41,820 nt of DNA. Source: Deltaproteobacteria bacterium. Lineage in GTDB: Bacteria; Desulfobacterota; Desulfobacteria; Desulfobacterales; SURF-7. A model generated the notes under the pieces. That model worked only from the letters and a program-made list of their open reading frames with translations, had not been told where the DNA came from and searched no databases. The stretch covers positions 1-41,820 of the forward strand of contig JAFDJC010000002.1 in NCBI GenBank assembly GCA_019307665.1, given 5' to 3'. Below are positions 9,245 to 17,313 of this stretch, in pieces. The translations under genes and the position numbers were made by a program. Each line of letters opens with the position of its first letter. Within the stretch, counting starts at the first letter, position 1.

Positions 9245-9523
9245 TTACCTATATATGAAAAAACAGATGAATAGACAATATGGAATGATCATGGGTAAAA
9301 TATGGAATAAAGACCCATATTGTTTTATGTTAACAAGGTAGGTTTTGAGGTTAATTTTTCTGTTTTTTATTCCAAGCTTCTTGCGAATACTGTCACGATA
9401 AGTATCAATTGTACTTGTAGCAACTCCTAATAACTTAGCCATTTCTTTAGTGGTTTTTCCGTTTTTTACAAAATTAGCAACCTGAAATTCTACGGGTGTA
9501 AACTTTAAAAATATTGAGTTCAA
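9245..9523 (-). CDS. LuxR/GerE-type HTH domain protein, probably a stand-alone fragment
   Basis: FTPVEFQVANFVKNGKTTKEMAKLLGVATSTIDTYRDSIRKKLGIKNRKINLKTYL matches the LuxR_C HTH pattern. The ORF begins at a TTG right at the domain boundary, so there is no sensor or receiver domain, and it ends in a hydrophobic tail. Confidence 0.6.
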   Translation of the reverse strand: MNSIFLKFTPVEFQVANFVKNGKTTKEMAKLLGVATSTIDTYRDSIRKKLGIKNRKINLKTYLVNIKQYGSLFHILPMIIPYCLFICFFIYR

Positions 9524-9618
9524 TTTGCGGGAAAACGGAGAGGTAATGACGTTTCTCCGAATACTCCTCTTTTTGCAATTTCATCCCACACTTCTTCTGA
9601 AATTCTTATTGTTCTCAT
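9520..9618 (-). CDS. 32-aa ORF with strong SD, overlapping the LuxR ORF start
   Basis: GGAGGGAGCT-ATG at 9618. It encodes MRTIRISEEVWDEIAKRGVFGETSLPLRFPAN, and its TGA overlaps the TTG of the next ORF (aaTTGA). It is below the ORF-track length cutoff and may be a leader peptide or a gene remnant. Confidence 0.3.
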   Translation of the reverse strand: MRTIRISEEVWDEIAKRGVFGETSLPLRFPAN

Positions 9619-9913
9619 AGCTCCCTCCTTTTATGGTTGTTGAAGGATATATTAATCACATTATAACAAGGTGTTAAGTAATGTTTTTTATTAAGTTTCC
9701 AAATATATAAAATGTTTATTATTCTTGCATATTTATCCAATTTACATTAATTATCTATTTTAACTTCCTTCTATTCATGGGATTTTATGAATAGTAATAT
9801 CAAGCGATTTCACTGGATAGCATGAAAGCCCCTGCGACCAGTGAACCTTAACGTTCGCTTCCACTCAAACAATGCTCAATGAATACCACTATGAGCTAAG
9901 GAGGGATAAAATA

Positions 9914-10120
9914 ATGAAAGAATTTAGCGTAATAATTGAAAAAGATGAGGATGGTTATTTTGTTGCTTCTGTACCGACACTCCGGGGATGTCATACTCAG
10001 GCAAAATCTCTTGATACATTAATTAAGAGAATTAAAGAGGCTATTGAACTTTGTCTTGAAGTGGAAAAACCGACATCCAGTGAATTTATTGGTATCCAAA
10101 AAGTGGCGGTAAACTTATGA
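9914..10120 (+). CDS. hicB: HicB-family antitoxin
   Basis: MKEFSVIIEKDEDGYFVASVPTLRGCHTQAKSLDTLIKRIKEAIELCLE is the UPF0150/HicB N-terminal fold signature. AAGGAGGG lies upstream of ATG 9914, so the track start at 9872 is probably too early. An ATGA overlap joins it to hicA. Confidence 0.85.
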   Translation: MKEFSVIIEKDEDGYFVASVPTLRGCHTQAKSLDTLIKRIKEAIELCLEVEKPTSSEFIGIQKVAVNL

Positions 10121-10341
10121 CTACGTTCCCCTCAATAACCGGTAGTCGATTAATTCGTGCTCTGCGTAAACTGGGATTCGAAGTAATACGAATAAAAGGC
10201 AGCCATCATTTCATGTTGCATCAAGACGGTCGATGTACCGTTGTTCCTCTGCATAGAGGAGAGAGTATAGGTCGTGGGCTTCTTGCTCAAATTTTACGAG
10301 ACTGTGATATCACAAAAAAAGAATTACAGAAAAAGCTTTAA
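10117..10341 (+). CDS. hicA: HicA-family mRNA interferase toxin
   Basis: 74 aa. LIRALRKLGFEVIRIKGSHHFMLHQDGRCTVVPLHRGESIGRGLLAQILRD is the YcfA/HicA pattern, including the catalytic-region G-S-H. Confidence 0.9.
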   Translation: MTTFPSITGSRLIRALRKLGFEVIRIKGSHHFMLHQDGRCTVVPLHRGESIGRGLLAQILRDCDITKKELQKKL

Positions 10342-10486
10342 GTGAACATTGACTGCACCTGACGCCAAAAGCCGAGCCGTTTGGGAAGTTTTTACAGGAG
10401 TTTCAGAGATAAACACCCATCCACAGTTCAACTATTTGATTTTCAAACAGTTTCTTGCCATTTTGTGCTTGACATGTAAGACCCTA

Positions 10487-10735
10487 CTATATATGGTGGG
10501 GTAGCCATTCAGCTTTTTTTATTATATCACGGTCTTCAAACGAATCGTAATTCAGATACACCGATTTTTGAATTGTTTTCGCGATTTCCCTGGATAAAAA
10601 TGTTTTCCCTACCTGCCTTGGACCGATTATAAAGACCATTTTTTTTGAAAGATCTTTAATGATAAGTTTTTGCTGAGCACGCCTCATACGGACTATTATG
10701 CATAGCTTTGCAAAATAATCAAGACTTTTCCGCAA
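10487..10735 (-). pseudogene. N-terminal fragment of a COG1373-type AAA+ ATPase
   Basis: The sequence stops after VFIIGPRQVGKTFLSREIAKTI...YLNYDSFEDRDIIK, roughly 80 aa. Intact family members as I recall them are several-fold longer. No continuation exists in any frame. Confidence 0.65.
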
Positions 10736-10810
10736 ACCATTGCGAAAAAGTCATAAAAATAGCCTCCTTGGCCAAAACACTTTGCTTTTTTCCAGGGCAT
10801 TTTTAACTTC

Positions 10811-10838
10811 TCAAGTTATGCCAAAATTCTGCCGATAA
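10811..10838 (+). promoter_or_regulatory. sigma28 (FliA)-type promoter relic
   Basis: TCAAGTTA-12 nt-GCCGATAA compares with the consensus TAAAGTTT-N11-GCCGATAA, and the -10 element is a perfect match. It lies about 87 nt upstream of the fliD remnant. Confidence 0.5.
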
Positions 10839-10924
10839 TATATTAAATCTATATGTAAATCCTTTTTTGCGGTAATATAATGACACTATTCTTTTCACAT
10901 TCTTTTCAAAGGGGAGATTCCAGC

Positions 10925-11202
10925 ATGACGTCACTCGGCAGTATTACCAGCCTTGGTGTCGGATCGGGCTTTGACCTTCAGCAAATGCTTGAGGATTTCA
11001 GAAAAGTCGATGAGTCCCCCATCAATTCGATGTCTTAAACCTTTCCCTTGAATCTAATTTTATTGAAAGAAGCGTTTCCGTATCAGATGAGGATGTAGCC
11101 ACAGCGACCGCTCTTGCCGGAGCACTCAAGCACATCCGTCTCGTAGAAGATGGAATCAAAGAAAACGATGTCCCACAAAAAGGGGCGAAAACACAGCATT
11201 AA
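10925..11202 (+). pseudogene. fliD: collapsed flagellar filament cap gene remnant
   Basis: ATG 10925 opens MTSLGSITSLGVGSGFDLQQMLEDFRKVDESPINSMS followed by a stop, which matches the FliD N-terminal signature. A second frame at about 11070..11202 gives SVSVSDEDVATATALAGA..., a typical internal FliD segment. About 280 bp in total remains of the gene. Confidence 0.6.
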
Positions 11203-11283
11203 TTGACAATTCTTATTTCCCGCCTTATATTTCTTCGTCAACTGTCAAAAAGCCAAAAAAAGCTAAAAATAAGGATTCGACAA

Positions 11284-12480
11284 ATGCTTACAGAAAAACA
11301 GCTTCAAAAATATGCGGACGTACTTTTATGGGGTCTTAAAACCGCAAGGACAGGAAAAGAAAAGAAAAACGACATTATATTGATTCGATACAGCCTGCCC
11401 GCCATTCGGCTTGCTGAAATCCTGCAAAAAAAAATCCTTGAAACAGGACGAAACCCTGTGCTCCGCTCAGGAATGACACCTGTGATGGAAAAACAGTTTT
11501 ACAAAATCTCGAATACCCCCCAGCTCGTATTTCAGCCACCCGGCGAAAAAGATCTGTATCGGAATATTAACGGCAGCATATTCCTGCATGCACCTGAATC
11601 CATAACACATTTAAGCGATGTTGATCCGGCAAGGATAGGAAGGACAGCAGTGGCAAGAAAAAATCTCAAAGAGATACTCGATAAAAGGGAGTCCTTTGGA
11701 GATTTTGGATGGACCCTCTGCGTTTTTCCTACCAGTGAACTTGCCCGCCATGCCGGACTCACACTTGAAGACTACTCAAAGCAAATCGCAAGGGCTTGCT
11801 TTATTGACAGAAAAGATCCCGTCTCCCTCTGGCAGGATGTGTATAAAAAAGCCACATATATCAAAAAAAGACTTAACAACATCAAAATAAACAAATTTCA
11901 CATCGAATCTGAGAACATTGATCTGGAAATAACCCCTGGTGAAAAGAGGCGCTGGATAGGTATATCCGGGCACAATATTCCAAGTTTTGAGCTTTTTATG
12001 TCACCGGACTGGCGCGGCACCAACGGAATCTATTATGCTGACCAACCGTCTTACAGAACCGGCAATTATGTGAAAGGCGTAAGGCTGGAATTTAAAAACG
12101 GAACAGTGGTCAATGCCAAAGCCGAGGAAGGGGAAGCCTTTTTAAAAAAGCAGCTTTTAATGGACAAAGGTGCCTCCCGACTCGGAGAATTTTCTTTAAC
12201 CGATAAAAATTTTTCCAAAATAAACCGATTCATGGCAAACACTCTTTTTGATGAAAACTATGGCGGGAAATACGGAAACTGCCATGTTGCACTCGGTTCA
12301 TCTTATGCAGACACATATGACGGCAACCAGCGAACACTTACAAAGGAACGTAAGGAAAAACTCGGATTTAACGATTCTGCACTTCACTGGGACATCGTCA
12401 ACACAGAAAAAAAAAGGGTAACAGCGCATCTCGCATCCGGTATTACAATGGTGATTTACGAAAACGGCAAGTTTGTATAA
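11284..12480 (+). CDS. M29-family aminopeptidase (AmpS/PepS-like)
   Basis: MLTEKQLQKYADVLLWGLKTAR...LIRYSLPAIRLAEIL...GNCHVALGSSY...ALHWDIV has the layout of the thermophilic metalloprotease family. The ATG at 11284 has AAGGA upstream and is preferred over the TTG at 11203. Confidence 0.8.
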   Translation: MLTEKQLQKYADVLLWGLKTARTGKEKKNDIILIRYSLPAIRLAEILQKKILETGRNPVLRSGMTPVMEKQFYKISNTPQLVFQPPGEKDLYRNINGSIFLHAPESITHLSDVDPARIGRTAVARKNLKEILDKRESFGDFGWTLCVFPTSELARHAGLTLEDYSKQIARACFIDRKDPVSLWQDVYKKATYIKKRLNNIKINKFHIESENIDLEITPGEKRRWIGISGHNIPSFELFMSPDWRGTNGIYYADQPSYRTGNYVKGVRLEFKNGTVVNAKAEEGEAFLKKQLLMDKGASRLGEFSLTDKNFSKINRFMANTLFDENYGGKYGNCHVALGSSYADTYDGNQRTLTKERKEKLGFNDSALHWDIVNTEKKRVTAHLASGITMVIYENGKFV

Positions 12481-12495
12481 TGAAGGAGACAGGTG

Positions 12496-13530
12496 CTATT
12501 TAATTCTCATAACCTCACTGCTTGGATTCTTTGCTCTGTATTCTTCAAGCAAAGTGAGTGTGCTTTCTAGAAATTCCCTTGAATAAAGAACTCCAATAAG
12601 AGATTCTCGTGCCTTTTTTGCTGCGTCAAGAATAAATTTTCTGGTTTCATCGCTTTTGTCTGCGTGTACTATGGTAATCCCTGCTTTTTTCAGGATCTCA
12701 ATTGACCTGTCATTCTGATCTCTTTCTAACTTTACAACATTTTTATAATGATCGCCCATGATCTCCTTTATTTTTCTTCTGCTCTCAGGGGATATTCTGT
12801 CCCATTTTTTTTTGGTTACGATCAGGGCTCCGATTGCATTCATGCTTGGATATTCATCCATATATTTAAACCTTGTATACCAGCGGAACGCCACTGCACC
12901 GAATGGTGTTGAACTGGCGGTATCAATCATTCGTGTTGAAAGGGATGTAAGAACATCTGTTAGAGGAAGGGGAACCGGTGCAATATCAAGGGCATCAAAC
13001 ATTGCCTGGCCAAGCCTGTCTCCCTCCCACATCCACCACTTCTGGCTCCTGGCAACCTCGATCGAAGTGATGGGAATCTTTGAAAAATTGTAGACAAAAC
13101 CGACTTCTCCCCAAGCAATAACTTCATACCCCTTCTCCCTGAACAGCCTGTTCATTGTGTCTTCAAGTTTCGACCTGATATAGGTTACTTCTCCGTAGTT
13201 TTTAAAAAGATACGGGAGTTCGGTGACCCTTACTTCGGGTACTATTTTTCCCAGGCCATGACCGGTAAAACCACCTCCGTGAAGCTGCCCGAACCTGATC
13301 TTTCGCAACACATCGCTCTCATCTCCCTGGATGCCTCCATAGTAAGTCTTGAAATATACCTCGTTGTTTGTCTCCGCCAACACACGGTCCTTGAACCTTT
13401 CAAACATACTGGTTTCGCCCCTGGGCGCTAATGTTGCGATTTTAATTGTTATTTTCGCTTCTTTCTGGAATGCACTCGTTAATGCAGGAATCAAGAGAAA
13501 GATGATAATTGCCAAAATGATTTTTTTCAT
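12496..13530 (-). CDS. TRAP-transporter DctP-type substrate-binding protein (orphan; no DctQ/M nearby)
   Basis: 344 aa with a signal peptide. ITIKIATLAPRGETS...YYGGIQGDESDVLRKIRFGQLHGGGFTGHGLGKIVPEVRVTELPYLF is DctP-like. Confidence 0.8.
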   Translation of the reverse strand: MKKIILAIIIFLLIPALTSAFQKEAKITIKIATLAPRGETSMFERFKDRVLAETNNEVYFKTYYGGIQGDESDVLRKIRFGQLHGGGFTGHGLGKIVPEVRVTELPYLFKNYGEVTYIRSKLEDTMNRLFREKGYEVIAWGEVGFVYNFSKIPITSIEVARSQKWWMWEGDRLGQAMFDALDIAPVPLPLTDVLTSLSTRMIDTASSTPFGAVAFRWYTRFKYMDEYPSMNAIGALIVTKKKWDRISPESRRKIKEIMGDHYKNVVKLERDQNDRSIEILKKAGITIVHADKSDETRKFILDAAKKARESLIGVLYSREFLESTLTLLEEYRAKNPSSEVMRIK

Positions 13531-13567
13531 ATCACACCCATTAATAGATAATAATTATAAACCCTGA

Positions 13568-15148
13568 TTATATGCTCTGGGTACCAGACCTTACATCAGA
13601 TGTATCCGGCGGCACCCATCGCAATCCGCCCTTAAACCCAAATGCCCTGTAAATATAAAATGTTCTGGCAGGCTCTTTTTTATCTGAATAAAACGGATCC
13701 CTAAAAACATTAACCTCAACCGGAGGTTCCACCCTGTCAAAAACCTGGTTTAATGTTTTTTGGTGATCATCAGAATGACTTGTGATACCGATGGCATCAA
13801 ACCCGATATAGTCTTCATCTTTGCACCAGTAATCATATACATTCGGACGGCTCCACCTGTTTATGGAAACCGTGTCCGGCTGTCCGGGAGTGTAAAATGC
13901 AAGCTCGCTTGCGATCTGGTAACGCTTTCCGAACAAAAAAGTCTTTTCAGGATTCGGCATCTGTTTCATCATGCCATCAACTTTTTGACCGATCATTTTC
14001 CATCCCGTCACTTCCCGTGCAACCCGGTCAAGCTTTTTGGAAATTGGCAAGATCGGCACTGCAACATGTAAAAGGAGTATGGCGGTAAGGATGTAGGATG
14101 TCCCGATGGCCCACGGCCAGGCCTTTCGGTATAGCACAGGAACATTGTCATCACTGCCGCCGCTGCCTTTACCTGCATAAAGTGCTGCTGCAAGAACAAA
14201 CGCCGTCAGATAGCAGGCTCCAGGCCAGTTTCCGTAAACCCTTTTGTGAAGGCTTAACACGGCAAAACCGGCAAACATGACAAACGAACAAAGGAACATA
14301 TAGAGATAAATCGGATTTTTTCGAATATTTCGAACCGCATAATAACAGGCATAAAGGACAAGAACAAAAACAATGGGTGACAGAAGCCCTACCTGTGATG
14401 CCAGGTAGTCGCCCAGGTATTTTAAGTGGAGTTCAAAACCTGTATTGGCACCGCCGATGTGCGCCACGTGTCGGACTGAATTCCACCCGTTTTCCGCGTT
14501 CCAATAAATTACCGGCAAAAACATTAAAAACCCGAGCATAAGGCCTGCATAAGGCCTGATCCGAAGAAGCCTGTCCCTGTATTCCGGCAAAACAAGACCA
14601 AAAAGGTACGCGCCCGGCAAAAAAATCACCATGGTAAACTTGGCAAGCATCCCAAACCCGAACCAGAAACCTCCGAGAAGCCACTCATTCCATGTGTCGT
14701 TTTCATACGCCTTTGCCACGTGAAATGCCGCGCCTGCCCATCCTGCAGACTGAAGCGCATCTGTTGTGGCAAGAAGTCCTCCGACATTTAATTCCAGGAT
14801 GCCCTGGGTAAGAAGTGCCGTATGAAAAGCAGCCCTTGCGCCAAACCATCGTCTCGCCATTGCAACCATATAGATAGAAGCAATCCCCATTGACAAAACA
14901 GACGGAAGACGCACCGCCCTTTCATTCTGGCCGAAAAGTTCCGTTGAAAGCCGTATTGCCCATCCGATTAAAGGCGAATTGTCGTGATATCCCCACGCAA
15001 GATGTCGGCTCCATTGCCAGTAATTGGTCTCATCCGGCACCAGGAGAAAAAGGCCTGAGTAAAAAATCCTGAAAAACATCAAACCGATGACGATGAGCCA
15101 GGCAGCATTGATGTAGTTTTTTTCTTTGCTTTGCATCATTAATTCCAA
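13568..15148 (-). CDS. GT-C fold glycosyltransferase (ArnT/PMT_2, GT39/83-like) number 1
   Basis: 526 aa polytopic membrane protein. Its first-loop motif is VPDETNYWQWSRHLAWGYHDNSPLIGW, matching the D-E...Y-x-D-H/N-P-P pattern of ArnT-like enzymes. Confidence 0.85.
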   Translation of the reverse strand: MELMMQSKEKNYINAAWLIVIGLMFFRIFYSGLFLLVPDETNYWQWSRHLAWGYHDNSPLIGWAIRLSTELFGQNERAVRLPSVLSMGIASIYMVAMARRWFGARAAFHTALLTQGILELNVGGLLATTDALQSAGWAGAAFHVAKAYENDTWNEWLLGGFWFGFGMLAKFTMVIFLPGAYLFGLVLPEYRDRLLRIRPYAGLMLGFLMFLPVIYWNAENGWNSVRHVAHIGGANTGFELHLKYLGDYLASQVGLLSPIVFVLVLYACYYAVRNIRKNPIYLYMFLCSFVMFAGFAVLSLHKRVYGNWPGACYLTAFVLAAALYAGKGSGGSDDNVPVLYRKAWPWAIGTSYILTAILLLHVAVPILPISKKLDRVAREVTGWKMIGQKVDGMMKQMPNPEKTFLFGKRYQIASELAFYTPGQPDTVSINRWSRPNVYDYWCKDEDYIGFDAIGITSHSDDHQKTLNQVFDRVEPPVEVNVFRDPFYSDKKEPARTFYIYRAFGFKGGLRWVPPDTSDVRSGTQSI

Positions 15149-15334
15149 TTTATATCAGTGCAGTTAAAATATCAAGGAGCATTGAAGCCAGAACTTTTCC
15201 CAAAAACATAGCTAAGGCATTGGCAAACGTATTAAATTCAGGTGTTGAGTCGGATTAGCAAGTGGAAAAGCCATTTTTTGATAAATTTTTGGGAAATTTT
15301 CAAAATATTTTTGTAAAACGATAAAATGGATGAT

Positions 15335-15380
15335 GGGTGGTGCCGGCAACTCGTTGCCGGCATCCGAAGGACAAGAAGCC
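15335..15380. repeat. 46-nt hairpin-containing repeat, copy A
   Basis: GGGTGGTGCCGGCAACTCGTTGCCGGCATCCGAAGGACAAGAAGCC. The stem is tgccggcaa/ttgccggca with loop CTCG. An inverted copy lies at 17139..17185. Confidence 0.55.
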
Positions 15381-15878
15381 ATCTAAATAAAATGTCTCTG
15401 CCGATATTCCCTTTCTCTACTTAAAACCTGCCGGTTTTTGGTTTGGTTTTTTGTTGTTTTGAAAATGATATCACCATTATTTATTTAATTACAATTGGTT
15501 ATATCGGAAAAATATCCCAAGGTCTTGGCCTCTCTAAAACCATGACATAGACAAATCATATCCCCAAAATGACTTTTAGTTATTTCTTTTTGATATCGCA
15601 GATTCTTTTTTATATGCAGTGCATAAAATAATCATTTTATCTAAATTTCATAATTAATGGGTTTTTGTCGTTTAATACTTTAATTAGGGGGTAAAAGATG
15701 TTTTTGAACAATGTTCGGATTTTTTTGTTTCCAGCCATTTCTTCTAACATCCATAAATTATAGAAAATATAAATTTGTTGAATTATCCATCACATTTGTT
15801 ATCGTGGTCGAAAATCGCGGTATTTTAATCAATTCGAGAAATTCTATTTAATAATATAGTTCGGCAAGGAGGATTGTT

Positions 15879-16838
15879 ATGAGATCGGCAAACCAAAGGA
15901 AAGTGGCCATAGTCGGTGCAGGAGCTGTGGGTTCGACGTTTGCCTACGCCCTCGCACAAAGCGGCTTGGCCGACCAGATTGTACTCATCGACCAGAACAG
16001 GGATCTCGCCCAAGGTCAGGTGCTGGACCTTGCCCATGGACAGCCATTCTTTCCTGCCGTATCCATTCGAAAGGGCAGCGCTTCCGATTACGGTGATGCC
16101 CAGCTGATTGTAATCACAGCTGGGACCGCCCAGCGACCAGGCGAGACGCGCCTTCAGCTTCTCCTGAGAAACGCTACGATCATGCAAAGCATAGTTGACG
16201 ATGTCGCCAAGCAGAACCCAAACGGCGTGATACTCATCGTCAGCAATCCTGTGGATGTGATGACTAACGTTGCCATCCAGAGCGCTGGTGACGCAAGAGG
16301 CCGAGTGTTCGGGTCAGGCACGGTTCTGGACAGCGCCCGTCTCCGGTATTTCCTGAGTGAGTGTTGTGGAGTCGACGTACACAACGTGCATGCATATATC
16401 TTGGGCGAGCATGGCGATTCGGAGTTCGCGGCTTGGTCAATGACGCATATAGCGGGTATGCCGATCGATGAATTCTGTCAGATCTGCGGGCGGTGCCCCG
16501 ATTGGACTGCTGAGCGCAACACGATTGAGCAGAAAGTGCAGAATTCTGCCTACCACATCATTGACTACAAGGGGACCACCTGTTTCGCGGTTGGCCTCGC
16601 CCTAGTTCGCATTGCAGGTGCGATTCTGCGTGGGGAGAGAAGTGTTCTCACCGTGTCGACCAAGCTGGATGGCGAGTTCGGACTTCAGGATGTTTGCCTC
16701 AGTGTACCGTGCATCGTGTCCGCAGGAGGTGTTGAGAGGGTTCTCGAGAGCCAACTGCCGGACAATGAAATAGCGGCTCTCCGGGCTTCCGCCTCGGTGC
16801 TCAAGGAGGCAATTGCGCAACTCGATGTGGAAGTCTGA
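15879..16838 (+). CDS. ldh: NAD-dependent L-lactate dehydrogenase
   Basis: 319 aa. Motifs KVAIVGAGAVGSTFAYAL, ITAGTAQRPGETRLQLL (Gln at the substrate-specificity position, as in LDH rather than MDH), VSNPVD, ILGEHGDSEFAAWS. AAGGAGG lies 6 nt upstream. The coding sequence is markedly GC-richer than its flanks. Confidence 0.92.
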   Translation: MRSANQRKVAIVGAGAVGSTFAYALAQSGLADQIVLIDQNRDLAQGQVLDLAHGQPFFPAVSIRKGSASDYGDAQLIVITAGTAQRPGETRLQLLLRNATIMQSIVDDVAKQNPNGVILIVSNPVDVMTNVAIQSAGDARGRVFGSGTVLDSARLRYFLSECCGVDVHNVHAYILGEHGDSEFAAWSMTHIAGMPIDEFCQICGRCPDWTAERNTIEQKVQNSAYHIIDYKGTTCFAVGLALVRIAGAILRGERSVLTVSTKLDGEFGLQDVCLSVPCIVSAGGVERVLESQLPDNEIAALRASASVLKEAIAQLDVEV

Positions 16839-17138
16839 GAAGAGATCCGGTGCCGAACAAAGCCATAGAGGCGACACCCTAAAGGGCGCGCCTCATGGCA
16901 TGCGTTCAAGTGATCTCCTCTGGAAGTATGAAATTTCGAAAGCAAGTAATTCTGAGATCGGCAAATCAAACATAAGCAAAAAGTGACTCTCCGAAAATTA
17001 CATATTTATCGTTGATCGCACTAAACCCTTAACTGGTAACTTCCTTTGACGATCAATAAGGCGGGATTAACAGCTATGATATAAAATGCCATATTTTTTT
17101 GGTTCATCAATCTTCCATTTTTGCTATAAGTGAACAAA

Positions 17139-17185
17139 GGTTTCTTGTGCTGTCGCACCCGGACAACGAGTTGTCCGGGCCACCC
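17139..17185. repeat. hairpin-containing repeat, copy B (inverted relative to copy A)
   Basis: Its reverse complement reads GGGTGGCCCGGACAACTCGTTGTCCGGGTGCGACAGCACAAGAAACC. The stem is cccggacaa/ttgtccggg with the same CTCG loop. Stem differences from copy A are compensatory. Confidence 0.55.
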
Positions 17186-17313
17186 AAACGTGTGCTATCC
17201 GTTTCTTTTTTAAACGAAAAAAAATTGGGGAAAGTTCAGTCATTGAAACAGGATCATTGAAAAAACGTGCCAAACCATATACAAGAAAACAAGCAATATA
17301 AGAAACAGTAGCC

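Noticed and set aside
10342-10486. Possible further degenerate copy of the palindromic repeat (gggaagtttttacaggagtttcag)
   Set aside because: Only one short arm-like stretch is similar, which is insufficient to call.
15698-15763. 21-codon ORF MFLNNVRIFLFPAISSNIHKL with a strong AGGGGG SD upstream of ldh
   Set aside because: It is too short to evaluate and has no homology handle. I recorded it only as a possible leader or small hydrophobic peptide inside the repeat-bounded segment.
15825-16969. Several minus- and plus-strand ORFs of 60-120 aa within the ldh region
   Set aside because: Elevated GC in this islet lengthens random open frames, and the ldh frame carries all the diagnostic motifs.
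15335-17185. Calling the repeat-bounded ldh segment a mobile_element
   Set aside because: There is no transposase, integrase or recombinase gene. The terminal repeats are only about 75% identical and no clear target-site duplication lies outside them. It is kept as a finding, not a feature call.
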